Virus record (IMG/VR): IMGVR_UViG_2529292908_000011
Length of the DNA stretch: 34,254 bases
Direction: 5' to 3' (one strand)
DNA from: a virus
Lineage: Duplodnaviria > Heunggongvirae > Uroviricota > Caudoviricetes
Shown: piece after piece, positions 20,521 to 28,402 of the stretch
How positions within the stretch are numbered: position 1 is the first letter of the stretch
How the letters are laid out: the number at the start of each line of letters is the position of its first letter
Translations under genes and position numbers: made by a program
Notes under the pieces: generated by a model
Database searches by the model: none
What the model saw: the letters and a program-made list of their open reading frames with translations, nothing else
What the model was told of the DNA's origin: nothing

Positions 20521-20607
20521 AAACGGGAATTTTTTCTCTGCGTGAGAGGGGGCGCGGTGTCCAAAGCGATCGTTTTTTACGCCGGATGATACCCCCCCGG
20601 GGTCGGG

Positions 20608-20973
20608 TTACAGTCCGATGATGTCGTCCTCTCTGCCACTACCTCCGGACACCTCCGGCAGCGTCGGGTCCGGCATATCACTCGCCGCTTCACGAGCAGA
20701 CTTTTGTCGATGGCATTCGGTACAGAGCGTCCAGAGATTCGTCTCCTCATTACCACCACCGAACTGAAGTGCAATTCGGTGATCGAGTTCACTGTCACAG
20801 AGGTCAACCACACGACCACAGAGACGGCACTGCCCGGCGTCCCTGAGCCAGATATGACGCTTGAGGGAAACACGTGCACTGCCACTGACACGACGCTGTT
20901 CACCCTTCAGAATATTCACCCGTCGGGTATTCAGTGTTTTGATTCTGCTCTGGAGTGTACGAAGCTCAGCCAT
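20608..20973 (-). CDS. HNH endonuclease (packaging-associated)
   Basis: 121-aa ORF with CRLCGRVVDLCDSELDHRIALQFGGGNEETNLWTLCTECHRQK, an HNH motif with two CxxC pairs. Confidence 0.85.
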   Translation of the reverse strand: MAELRTLQSRIKTLNTRRVNILKGEQRRVSGSARVSLKRHIWLRDAGQCRLCGRVVDLCDSELDHRIALQFGGGNEETNLWTLCTECHRQKSAREAASDMPDPTLPEVSGGSGREDDIIGL

Positions 20974-21014
20974 GTAAAATCCCCGTCATATGGCAATCAG
21001 TAAAGGAAATAAAT

Positions 21015-21215
21015 ATGTCATCGAAAAACCGTACCCGCAGAACCACAACCCGCAATATCCGTTTCCCCAATCACATGATTGAACAGATCAACATCGCCCT
21101 TGAGCATAAAGGGTCCGGTAACTTTTCAGCGTGGGTTATTGAAGCCTGCAGGAGAAGGCTGGCAACAGATGCAACGCATCTGCGCCCGGCCAGCATGAAA
21201 AATAACGAGAAATGA
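21015..21215 (+). CDS. small DUF3950-like (YlcI-like) protein
   Basis: Internal ATG of ORF 20955..21215 giving 66 aa MSSKNRTRRTTTRNIRFPNHMIEQINIALEHKGSGNFSAWVIEACRRRL...; AAAGGA Shine-Dalgarno. Family assignment from memory only. Confidence 0.45.
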   Translation: MSSKNRTRRTTTRNIRFPNHMIEQINIALEHKGSGNFSAWVIEACRRRLATDATHLRPASMKNNEK

Positions 21216-21346
21216 ACGTTCGGTTACAGGAGCAGGTACCCACTGTCCTCCAACAATATTTCATCTTCATATCCGACGGAACAAGACTTACCCTGCCGGG
21301 ATGTACAGAATAACAACAGAGTGATAATTAATTTCTGATGAAATAA

Positions 21347-21688
21347 TCAGGGTGCAGAAGGACTAAAGATAAACGTTTTCTTCACGCCTTTACACGGCCT
21401 GTCCTTCTCAAATCGCCATTTTGCCATCGCCTTTACAACCTGCTCATCAAACAAATGGTGCGGCTCTGAACGGATAAACTCAATTCGGGTGACAGTACCA
21501 TCAGCACCAATATCAAACTTCACATCAACCCGTCCCTTTATATAATTTGCCGCTGCATAGGCCGGATATTGTGGTAATGCCTTAACCAACTGTCGGGGCA
21601 TATCTGTTTTATGTTGCGTACAGCCCATAACCAGAGAAGACAACAAAATAATTAACGGAAGGTTTCTTTTCATTTTCATTCCCGGCAC
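21347..21688 (-). CDS. TonB C-terminal-domain lipoprotein (moron)
   Basis: 113-aa ORF with lipoprotein-like signal MKMKRNLPLIILLSSLVMGC and ...YPAYAAANYIKGRVDVKFDIGADGTVTRIEFIRSEPHHLFDEQVVKAMAKWRF... resembling a TonB_C fold. Confidence 0.6.
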   Translation of the reverse strand: MPGMKMKRNLPLIILLSSLVMGCTQHKTDMPRQLVKALPQYPAYAAANYIKGRVDVKFDIGADGTVTRIEFIRSEPHHLFDEQVVKAMAKWRFEKDRPCKGVKKTFIFSPSAP

Positions 21689-21923
21689 AGATAAGAATAC
21701 GTCTTATTCTAACAATGCCACCCTGTCGGTCATCAATCCTCTGCTTAATGGCAACGACAATTATCCGACTTAAATCACAAATCAGACACATGACATAACA
21801 GAGCTTGCGAGGTAACACATCGTCCGGTTTCTTCCACCATCGCACCGGACCAGCGACCATGAGGGGACAACGCCGCGCTCCGTTAACGCGGTAACCAGAA
21901 CAGGTCGAAGTAATACTCGCACG

Positions 21924-22202
21924 TTACCTCCAGATGCGTTGCTGGAATGTGCGGGACGGACGCGGTGAGCGTTCGGAGTAAGGAAGCCTGACGGAGATTA
22001 TCCAGTGACGATAATCGAGGCTGAGGGCTTTCTTAATCTCGTATCCGTGTCTGCGGTAGCACTGAATTAGCCACTCGGCCTGTTCTTCAGTGCATGGGGG
22101 ATGCTGGAACCAGTCAGATTTGAAAGTGCGGGAACGCCGCCCGTGCCTGCTGGCAAAGACGGCAGAATCATCAGAATTGTGTAATTTGGTATCGTGCACC
22201 AT
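21924..22202 (-). CDS. hypothetical small protein
   Basis: Internal ATG (MVHDTKLHNSDD...) of ORF 21924..22331, chosen because the longer ORF would run through the hok terminator hairpin. Weak support. Confidence 0.25.
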   Translation of the reverse strand: MVHDTKLHNSDDSAVFASRHGRRSRTFKSDWFQHPPCTEEQAEWLIQCYRRHGYEIKKALSLDYRHWIISVRLPYSERSPRPSRTFQQRIWR

Positions 22203-22273
22203 CGGTTGTCTCTGCTGGCGCAGCAGGTGCCAGTTGTTCAGGCTGGCGTGCGAATTGTAAACCAGAATGCCAG

Positions 22274-22301
22274 GAAAAAACAAAACCCGCCGAAGCGGGT
22301 T
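22274..22301 (-). terminator. intrinsic terminator of the hok transcript
   Basis: Minus-strand AACCCGC-ttcg-GCGGGTT followed by TTTGTTTTTTCC, ~70 nt downstream of the hok stop. Confidence 0.5.
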
Positions 22302-22369
22302 ACGTGCGGGTGCGTTGAGGATGCCTGACACATCAGAGGTGGCGAGGGATTTCTCCCTCGCCGGGTCTC

Positions 22370-22525
22370 TTACTCCTCAGGTTCGTAAACTGTGAAGACA
22401 GCGACCTCCGTCTGGCCGGTTCGGATTCGTACCTCGCAGAGGTCTTTCCTCGTTACCAGTGCCGTCACTATGACGGTTAAACAGATGACGATCAGGGCGA
22501 TTAACATCGCCTTTTGCTGCTTCAT
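22370..22525 (-). CDS. hokD: Hok/Gef-family type I toxin (HokD/RelF-like)
   Basis: Internal Met of ORF 22370..22582 gives MKQQKAMLIALIVICLTVIVTALVTRKDLCEVRIRTGQTEVAVFTVYEPEE (51 aa), nearly identical to recalled HokD. Confidence 0.85.
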   Translation of the reverse strand: MKQQKAMLIALIVICLTVIVTALVTRKDLCEVRIRTGQTEVAVFTVYEPEE

Positions 22526-22582
22526 AGCCTGCTTCTCCTTGCCTTTCGGCACGTAAGAGGCTAACCTAGATTTGCCGTTCAT
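22370..22582 (-). CDS. mok-like overlapping reading frame (in-frame N-terminal extension of hok)
   Basis: The 70-aa ORF MNGKSRLASYVPKGKEKQA... extends the hok frame upstream, as in hok/mok/sok loci. Confidence 0.35.
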   Translation of the reverse strand: MNGKSRLASYVPKGKEKQAMKQQKAMLIALIVICLTVIVTALVTRKDLCEVRIRTGQTEVAVFTVYEPEE

Positions 22583-22816
22583 AGATTGAGCCTCAGATTA
22601 ATGTTAAGCGTCTTGCAGGACGCGTAATGTTAACTGGGGCTTTTCTCTATCTGCCTTTTGGTATTCATGCCTGAGACAGATAGCCTCAAGCACCCGCAGC
22701 AATTCTACTTAACTATCCTTTCCCCGCAAATCGTTTTTATCCCCAGCGACAAATCGAATACACCACCAGCGCCACCGCCATTGCGATCCCTACCGTTGTG
22801 AATGCCTCAGGCCAGG

Positions 22817-23161
22817 TCATCGTAAAACATCCTCTGCGCTTATCAGTCCGTTTCGCTTCAGGTAGTCCATCGCCTTACCCGGCAATTTACAGTCCGGCTT
22901 CGTTTTCCTCAGTTGCCAGGTTAACTGCTTTACCAGCATGGTTAACTCGTCGACCAGACGCTGATGTCCCACTGGTTTGTATTCATGCAATTTACCGGCT
23001 GGCTCTGCTGCCAGCGATGCCAGTGCGATTTCCAGAACAGCAATATCCATCTTATATGTGCGGATGATGTCATGGTCGATTGTGCCCGGTATGCACAGTC
23101 TCTGTGCTTCAATAGTCTCCTCTGCGTGAGCTATTAACTGCTCTCTGGTAAAAGTGGTCAT
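22817..23161 (-). CDS. hypothetical accessory protein (N-terminus paralogous to the 23675..24100 product)
   Basis: 114 aa [20 protein letters not shown]...[10 protein letters not shown]...; shares the MTxxTxEQLI...IAL(T/A)SL(E/A)AEP pattern with the ORF at 23675..24100. Confidence 0.5.
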   Translation of the reverse strand: MTTFTREQLIAHAEETIEAQRLCIPGTIDHDIIRTYKMDIAVLEIALASLAAEPAGKLHEYKPVGHQRLVDELTMLVKQLTWQLRKTKPDCKLPGKAMDYLKRNGLISAEDVLR

Positions 23162-23673
23162 GCCGCGCTTCCTTCTTGCTTATTAACGATTACACCGTCA
23201 TATATTTCATTAAGGTGTCCCCTCAACTCCATGCGCCTTAATGCAGACAACATGTAATCGCATTCAACCTGCTTATTTCCAGTAAATGGCTTATCGTCAG
23301 GATCACCCCAACAGCAATTACCCTTGGGCCACCCATGTACTTTCCGTACTCTTCCGTTAACAACGTGAAGTAATCCCCAGCCAGGTGGTAAATCCTCAAT
23401 TGAAATAATTCCCGGCTCACTAATAAAGAATCTCCAGTCGCCCATGCCAAGAGAGGGATTTTTACGGAAACGCTTTTTTCTATCTGCCAACAAGTCAGCA
23501 CGAGAACACTTCGCCTCTATCAGGCATGATGCTGAATTTCTGAATCCCATAGCATCTGGTTGTTCTCCAGTACTGGTTACAGCAACAAAGCGGTCATGAA
23601 AGCAAACCTTGAACCCGTTGCGCTTAAGGAACCTGTACGCAATCTGACAGAGTTCGCGGTGTGTTAACGCCAT
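23158..23673 (-). CDS. putative PD-(D/E)xK nuclease-fold protein
   Basis: 171 aa with ...[26 protein letters not shown]..., a D...ExK arrangement with typical spacing. Coupled to neighbours by overlapping stop/start. Confidence 0.45.
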   Translation of the reverse strand: MALTHRELCQIAYRFLKRNGFKVCFHDRFVAVTSTGEQPDAMGFRNSASCLIEAKCSRADLLADRKKRFRKNPSLGMGDWRFFISEPGIISIEDLPPGWGLLHVVNGRVRKVHGWPKGNCCWGDPDDKPFTGNKQVECDYMLSALRRMELRGHLNEIYDGVIVNKQEGSAA

Positions 23674-23674
23674 C

Positions 23675-24100
23675 TCATTCTCCTTTGATGCGAATGTTTA
23701 CAACCTGACAAACCTCTTTGAGTACCCAGTCAACAGCGTCTTTCCACGCTCCAGTCTCAACTGGCGGATTCTCACGTTTTACTTGTTCATAGAAGTGCAC
23801 AGCTTTAACCAGTCCTTCAGGTACTACAGGCACTGGCGGCATGCGATACAATGGAGTAACACAACGCGAAGCCTCATATTTATCTGACGGACGCTGAAAT
23901 ATCTCACCGAACCCATATTTTTCAATATCTCGCAGTTCCTCGTCGTCAGTCCATGCCACCGGTTCTGCTTCCAGCGATGTCAGTGCAATTTTGAATAACT
24001 CACCCTCTACTCGTGCCACGCCTGAATTGGGATGGCATTTCGCAATCGCTATTTTTAATTTGGCTTCTTCGATTAATTGCTCTTTTGTTAATTCAGTCAT
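23675..24100 (-). CDS. hypothetical Ea22-like accessory protein
   Basis: 141 aa. Its C-terminal ...NIRIKGE and 3' DNA (ctcctttgatgcgaatg) are repeated at the end of the 24530..24991 gene. Confidence 0.5.
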   Translation of the reverse strand: MTELTKEQLIEEAKLKIAIAKCHPNSGVARVEGELFKIALTSLEAEPVAWTDDEELRDIEKYGFGEIFQRPSDKYEASRCVTPLYRMPPVPVVPEGLVKAVHFYEQVKRENPPVETGAWKDAVDWVLKEVCQVVNIRIKGE

Positions 24101-24195
24101 TTTTCATTACCGCTCTTTCTGGCGGCCTCCTGATGTTCTGAGGGTGCAGAAATCCCTCCGGCTAAGGATTAAATTTTTAACAGTTCTAAATTTAA

Positions 24196-24552
24196 CTATT
24201 CAGTTCTGGATTTTGTCGCCCTGCGTATCCGCGCTTTCGCGTTACGCTCAATCTGAATTAGCTTTTCTATATTTTTCCGTCTTTCCCGTTCCTCCTGACG
24301 CAATAGCCTTACATCATCTGCCAGTCTGGTTTCTCTTTTCGCCACAGAGAGCATCCAGTCAAATGGCTCCACAACTGCGCCGCAGATTTTACAGCGGACC
24401 TGACGCTCTTTTTCATCAACCCGGACAGAGGCGTGATGGCAGTATGGTCTTTCCGATGGCTCATAAAGAAAATTAACCTGATTACGCGGGTCATCCTCTT
24501 TTACAGGAAATAAAACGATATTGCTTAACTCATCCTCTGGTTTTATTTCCAT
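24196..24552 (-). CDS. hypothetical zinc-ribbon protein with basic coiled-coil C-terminus
   Basis: 118 aa with ...YCHHASVRVDEKERQVRCKICGAVVEPFDW... followed by an R/K/E-rich tail. Confidence 0.5.
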   Translation of the reverse strand: MEIKPEDELSNIVLFPVKEDDPRNQVNFLYEPSERPYCHHASVRVDEKERQVRCKICGAVVEPFDWMLSVAKRETRLADDVRLLRQEERERRKNIEKLIQIERNAKARIRRATKSRTE

Positions 24553-24991
24553 GCTCCTCTCCTTTGATGCGAATGCCAGCGACGCGTAATGCGTGTTCTA
24601 GGTCAATCAGGTAAAGCCAACTGCCATTTTCTTTAGGTATCATGACATGTCGCTCATCTGCATTTATCGGGTGTCCATATCGAAGGTCGTAGCGAGTCGG
24701 TAATTGAACTTCCCGCGCTTCCAGTGCAGCAATACGCTTGCTCCCATCAGAGATAACGCCTTCGTAATACTCACGCTGCTCGTTGAGTTGTGATTTTGCT
24801 TCTTCCAGTCCATCCAGCAAATCAGCGATAATATCCGCTTCCCGATGACGGATGTGACGCTTAAACGCAGCAAGAGCCGCATCACAATCCCGTTCAGCAT
24901 TTGGGCTGTCCGGGATAGCCTGATACCACGCCAGCGTCGACTGATAGTTTTGTGCTGCCTCACGAAGCGCCTCATAGTTAACCTCTCTCAT
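24530..24991 (-). CDS. hypothetical Ea22-like accessory protein
   Basis: 153 aa, AGGAGG Shine-Dalgarno, ATG overlaps the upstream stop (ATGA); C-terminal ...GIRIKGE shared with the 23675..24100 product. Confidence 0.5.
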   Translation of the reverse strand: MREVNYEALREAAQNYQSTLAWYQAIPDSPNAERDCDAALAAFKRHIRHREADIIADLLDGLEEAKSQLNEQREYYEGVISDGSKRIAALEAREVQLPTRYDLRYGHPINADERHVMIPKENGSWLYLIDLEHALRVAGIRIKGEEHGNKTRG

Positions 24992-25249
24992 TGAGCCACC
25001 TCCTGATAAATCACCGCATGCCCCAGTTTCTCCGCCAGTGCCAGCTCTGCCTTAGCGCCCGCTGACCGCTGCCAGCCATTCAGCATGTAAATCGCATCCA
25101 CACAACGAATCATTGCCATGCAAATATCCATGTAGTGCGGCTGTGTCAGCCCGTCCGGAAGTACTGCCGGGTTTAAGACGGTATGCCCTTCCCGTTTCAG
25201 TTCCTCTTACGGATACGCTCAAGAACACCACCTGTCGCGATATTTTTCA
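24988..25249 (-). pseudogene. DUF4406-like small protein remnant, frameshifted
   Basis: Minus strand reads MKNIATGGVLERIRKRN then stop; the next frame continues ...ELKREGHTVLNPAVLPDGLTQPHYMDICMAMIRCVDAIYMLNGWQRSAGAKAELALAEKLGHAVIYQEVAQ. Family name recalled from motif only. Confidence 0.4.
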
Positions 25250-25256
25250 TGGCCCG

Positions 25257-26222
25257 TTACCCCCTGAACCCCGGCGGAATTTCGGTATCCGGCTCAGAAA
25301 TATGATTCACGCAACGCTGTACAGACGAACGCCCCAGGCGGATAACCAGTTCATCCCATTTTTCGCGAAGCTTTGACGGACTCATGATATTTTTTACCCA
25401 GAATGGATCCCGCTGCGCCCGACCAAACATTTCACAAATTTGTCTGTGAGTTCTGCCATCCAGCATCCGCATTGTGCGCACGTCGTTGGCCCATGCGGTC
25501 CAGTTGGGTTCTTTCGGTCGCGAAATCTCGCCATCATCGCTGGCGGCCTGCTCGTAAAGACTCACGATTCGTCCCCAGATCCACTGCGCACACGCCAAAT
25601 CTTCCTGGTTGCCCCACTGGCGTTTTTTTGCACTGAACACAACCGCGTCAGGGTGTCGGGTTAAAAAATCCTGTTCAACCGTCTGCGGGTCCGGTTGCGA
25701 AGCTTCCGGACGAGAAGTGTTTTTATTCTCTGTAGTAATCTCTGTTGTATTCTCTGTAAGATCATCAGGCCATTTTGACCCGATGACATTGAGTCGTTTT
25801 GAACCAATGGAACGTGCCATTTTGGCCCCTTCCATCGTGTCATTCTGACCTGATGGAGCAGCGCATTTTGACCTGATGGATTCGCTCACTTTGCCACCAT
25901 TTAAAAGCTCGCTCTCGTAATTAATCGTGTAAAAATTAGTCATATCACGCTTTGATTTATTGAGCTTTTCGCAACGCAAAAGCCCCAGCGTTTTCAGACT
26001 TGCAAATGCGCGTTTTAACGTTGACTCTGACCAGAACGGGAACTGCTCCAGCCATTGTTCTGTTGTGTTATAAATCCAGCGAACACCATCACATTCCATG
26101 CCGGAACCGGTATCTCTCAACCAGTAATGCAACTGCTGCAACACGATGGCTTCGTTCAGACCAATTTTCATCGCCAGCTGCGTGTTTATAACCAGCGGAC
26201 GTTCAGCAAAAAGGAGCTTCAT
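25257..26222 (-). CDS. replication initiation protein (phage replisome-organizer N-terminal domain)
   Basis: ATG at 26222 chosen (the longer ORF starts with GTG at 26279). N-terminus MKLLFAERPLVINTQLAMKIGLNEAIVLQQLHYWL...; C-terminal ...WGNQEDLACAQWIWGRIVSLYEQ.... Confidence 0.65.
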   Translation of the reverse strand: MKLLFAERPLVINTQLAMKIGLNEAIVLQQLHYWLRDTGSGMECDGVRWIYNTTEQWLEQFPFWSESTLKRAFASLKTLGLLRCEKLNKSKRDMTNFYTINYESELLNGGKVSESIRSKCAAPSGQNDTMEGAKMARSIGSKRLNVIGSKWPDDLTENTTEITTENKNTSRPEASQPDPQTVEQDFLTRHPDAVVFSAKKRQWGNQEDLACAQWIWGRIVSLYEQAASDDGEISRPKEPNWTAWANDVRTMRMLDGRTHRQICEMFGRAQRDPFWVKNIMSPSKLREKWDELVIRLGRSSVQRCVNHISEPDTEIPPGFRG

Positions 26223-26241
26223 CCCCCCCCAGAACACGTTA

Positions 26242-26667
26242 TCAATGCGCCACCACGGCATTTCCCGCCGGACAACCACGATTCATCTGATCGAACAACA
26301 CGATCGCTGCCGCAACAAACTCATCGATATCTTTCACCAGGCGCTCCCGTCGCTCGACAAGCTCCCGGTGATATTCCGAACTGTGGCTGCGCATTCGGGC
26401 CACCAGTGGAGGCGGCATTGCTTTTTCGATCGCCGGTAACAACGCCTGAATTTTTTTAACCGCATCAGGGGTGTCTTTTTCTACCCAGCGGAAAATTTTC
26501 TGGGTATTACGAGACAGGGCTTCCGGATGGCTGTCGTCATACAGTTCAGGAAACGTCATACCCAACTCAAAATAAGCCTGGGTTATTCCAGCTACTGGAA
26601 CTTTTTCGCCATCAGGACGCGCCCAGGCATTCATCGCCATGCGGATGTGTTCATGCTTGATTTTCAT
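26242..26667 (-). CDS. YdaT-like protein
   Basis: 141 aa starting MKIKHEHIRMAMNAWARPDGEK..., positioned after the cro-like gene as in Rac ydaS-ydaT. Confidence 0.6.
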   Translation of the reverse strand: MKIKHEHIRMAMNAWARPDGEKVPVAGITQAYFELGMTFPELYDDSHPEALSRNTQKIFRWVEKDTPDAVKKIQALLPAIEKAMPPPLVARMRSHSSEYHRELVERRERLVKDIDEFVAAAIVLFDQMNRGCPAGNAVVAH

Positions 26668-26923
26668 GAATCAACTCCGGTGCATTTGATGTGTTAACCT
26701 TGAATCCAACAGGTAAACCGTCGGTTGGGTTAGGATAAATATCAGGGCGAATTTCATGCGGGGTAACTTCCCACTTCATTAGCTGACATAACGGAATTAC
26801 CTGCTTTGGGGGAACGTCAAAGCTAAACCATTGCCAAACTGTCTGTTGAGCGACCCCCATATAACGACCTATTTCAGCTTGAGTGTATTTCTGCCTAATT
26901 TTTTCGCGAGTGCTATCTAGCAT
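26651..26923 (-). CDS. Cro/YdaS-like HTH regulator, divergent from the repressor
   Basis: 90 aa with HTH ...YTQAEIGRYMGVAQQTVWQWF...; strong Shine-Dalgarno AGAGGAG. Confidence 0.65.
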   Translation of the reverse strand: MLDSTREKIRQKYTQAEIGRYMGVAQQTVWQWFSFDVPPKQVIPLCQLMKWEVTPHEIRPDIYPNPTDGLPVGFKVNTSNAPELIHENQA

Positions 26924-26962
26924 TTTGCTCTCCTCTAAAAAACTATAAGCAAAGCCTACAAT

Positions 26963-26991
26963 AAAAAACTGTACACAATCAACAGTTTTTT
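26963..26991. promoter_or_regulatory. operator-like palindrome AAAAAACTGT-N9-ACAGTTTTTT in the divergent repressor/cro-like intergenic region
   Basis: Perfect 10-bp inverted repeat read directly; same core as the element at 27993-28029. Confidence 0.5.
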
Positions 26992-27032
26992 ATTGTGATG
27001 CTTTTAACAGTATTTACCTGTAAAATTGAATA

Positions 27033-27434
27033 ATGATGAACGCCCTAGAAGTATCTATGTACAGAATCAGCAAGCTTCTTCAGGAAACTGGATGGAGCCA
27101 GGCTGAGCTTGCCCGTAGAATTGGTGTGACACAACAAACTGTTCAACAATGGGTCAGCGGTAAGGCTACACCTAAAGCCTCAAGTTTGGATAAACTGGTT
27201 GAGGTTACAGGGCATCCATTGCATTGGTTTTTATTGCCTCCTGAAGAGGGGGAGCAAATTTTCACCCCTGACACGATGAAAATTGGTCCTCGTCAACGCG
27301 AACTGCTCCAGGCTTTTAGTGCGTTTCCAGAGGAAGACCAAGAAAAAATGCTTCAAGAAATCAAAGACAAGAAAAAATCAATGGAAGAAACCATTGCCCG
27401 GTGGTTGGCGGCACAAAAAAGCCGCCGGGCGTGA
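27033..27434 (+). CDS. XRE-family prophage repressor (DicA/RacR-like)
   Basis: 133 aa with HTH ...ISKLLQETGWSQAELARRIGVTQQTVQQWVSG... and a C-terminal dimerisation-like region. No Shine-Dalgarno; TAAAAT -10 ends 7 nt before the ATG, suggesting a leaderless mRNA. Start could be M9. Confidence 0.8.
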   Translation: MMNALEVSMYRISKLLQETGWSQAELARRIGVTQQTVQQWVSGKATPKASSLDKLVEVTGHPLHWFLLPPEEGEQIFTPDTMKIGPRQRELLQAFSAFPEEDQEKMLQEIKDKKKSMEETIARWLAAQKSRRA

Positions 27435-27461
27435 CCACAGTACAAGAAGAGGAGTTATGCC

Positions 27462-27653
27462 ATGAGTACAGCCCTTTCTCCGATAGTTTCAGAATTCGAA
27501 ACTACCGAACAAGAAAACAGTTACAACGAATGGTTACGCGCTAAAGTGGCGTCAAGCCTTGCTGACCCTCGTCCCTCAATTCCACATGATGAGGTAATGG
27601 CTGAAATGGAGAATCTTATTGCTCAAATTGCTGTAACTAACAGGAGCGAGTAA
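27462..27653 (+). CDS. type II antitoxin (partner of the ParE-family toxin)
   Basis: 63-aa acidic ORF MSTALSPIVSEFETTEQENSYNEWLRAKV... whose stop overlaps the toxin ATG by 1 nt. Confidence 0.6.
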   Translation: MSTALSPIVSEFETTEQENSYNEWLRAKVASSLADPRPSIPHDEVMAEMENLIAQIAVTNRSE

Positions 27654-27940
27654 TGTTACCCATTTTGTGGCTACCATCTGCTCGCGATGATTTGCGTCAG
27701 ATCGTAGCCTATATTGCTAAGGAAAATATTCCTGCAGCACGCAGACTAAAAATACGGATTGAAACGTCTGTTTTAGCCCTCTCTGAGCATCCATATCTAT
27801 ATCCGCCAAGTGATCGAGTATCCGGTTTGCGGGAAATTGTGGTTCACCCTAATTATATCGTTTTGTACCGAGTAGCAGCTTCAAGCATTGAAATTGCAAA
27901 TATTGTGCATGCCCGCCGACAATTTCCCTTCCCTATCTGA
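27653..27940 (+). CDS. ParE/RelE-family type II toxin
   Basis: 95 aa MLPILWLPSARDDLRQIVAYIAKENIPAARRLKIRIETSVLALSEHPYLYPPSDRVSGLREIVVHPNYIVLYRV...IANIVHARRQ, typical ParE fold signature. Confidence 0.8.
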   Translation: MLPILWLPSARDDLRQIVAYIAKENIPAARRLKIRIETSVLALSEHPYLYPPSDRVSGLREIVVHPNYIVLYRVAASSIEIANIVHARRQFPFPI

Positions 27941-27956
27941 ACTGAACAATTTTCAC

Positions 27957-27981
27957 ACTCCCTCATTCGAGGGAGTTTTTT
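27957..27981 (+). terminator. intrinsic terminator ending the repressor-antitoxin-toxin operon
   Basis: CTCCCTC-attc-GAGGGAG followed by TTTTTTT. Confidence 0.65.
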
Positions 27982-27992
27982 TGCCCAATACA

Positions 27993-28035
27993 ACAATTAA
28001 AAACTGTTGACACAAAACAGTTTTTAATTGTAGAT
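27993..28035 (+). promoter_or_regulatory. operator palindrome CAATTAAAAACTGT-N9-ACAGTTTTTAATTG overlapping a candidate promoter (-35 TTGACA at 28006-28011, -10 TAGATT at 28030-28035) for the ydfA-dicB operon
   Basis: Perfect 14-bp inverted repeat; shares the AAAACTGT-N9-ACAGTTTT core with 26963-26991. Confidence 0.5.
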
Positions 28036-28215
28036 TATTTCCACTACCCCACCCCGCCCCACAGAACGCAGGGAAATACTTCGAGTTACCCGGCAGTGGT
28101 CAGGGGTTAAGTAGCCAGCCCGAGGCGTAAGAACATGACGGCAGGGTTCAACTTTAATAACTATGCAGCAGGTTTTTGTTCCGCTACCCCGGCGTTAAGG
28201 GGAAATGATGTCAGC

Positions 28216-28371
28216 ATGGATACTATCGTTCTTGGCAACAGCGAATCTCTGGTATGTGGCGTGTTCCCCAACCAGGACGGTACGTTCACCGCGATGACGT
28301 ATACCAAAAGCAAAACGTTTAAAACCGAAAATGGTGCCCGTCGCTGGCTGGAAAGAAACTCAGGTGAGTGA
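28216..28371 (+). CDS. ydfA: YdfA-like DUF1391 small protein
   Basis: Internal ATG giving 51 aa MDTIVLGNSESLVCGVFPNQDGTFTAMTYTKSKTFKTENGARRWLERNSGE; length and context match Qin ydfA as recalled. Confidence 0.6.
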   Translation: MDTIVLGNSESLVCGVFPNQDGTFTAMTYTKSKTFKTENGARRWLERNSGE

Positions 28372-28402
28372 TATGGATTTCGACACAATCATGGAAAAGG
28401 CT

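Noticed and set aside
27006-27021. Third operator copy ACAGT-N6-CTGT next to the repressor start
   Set aside because: The half-sites are only 4-5 bp and in the opposite orientation to the two long palindromes. It is probably just part of the -10 region.
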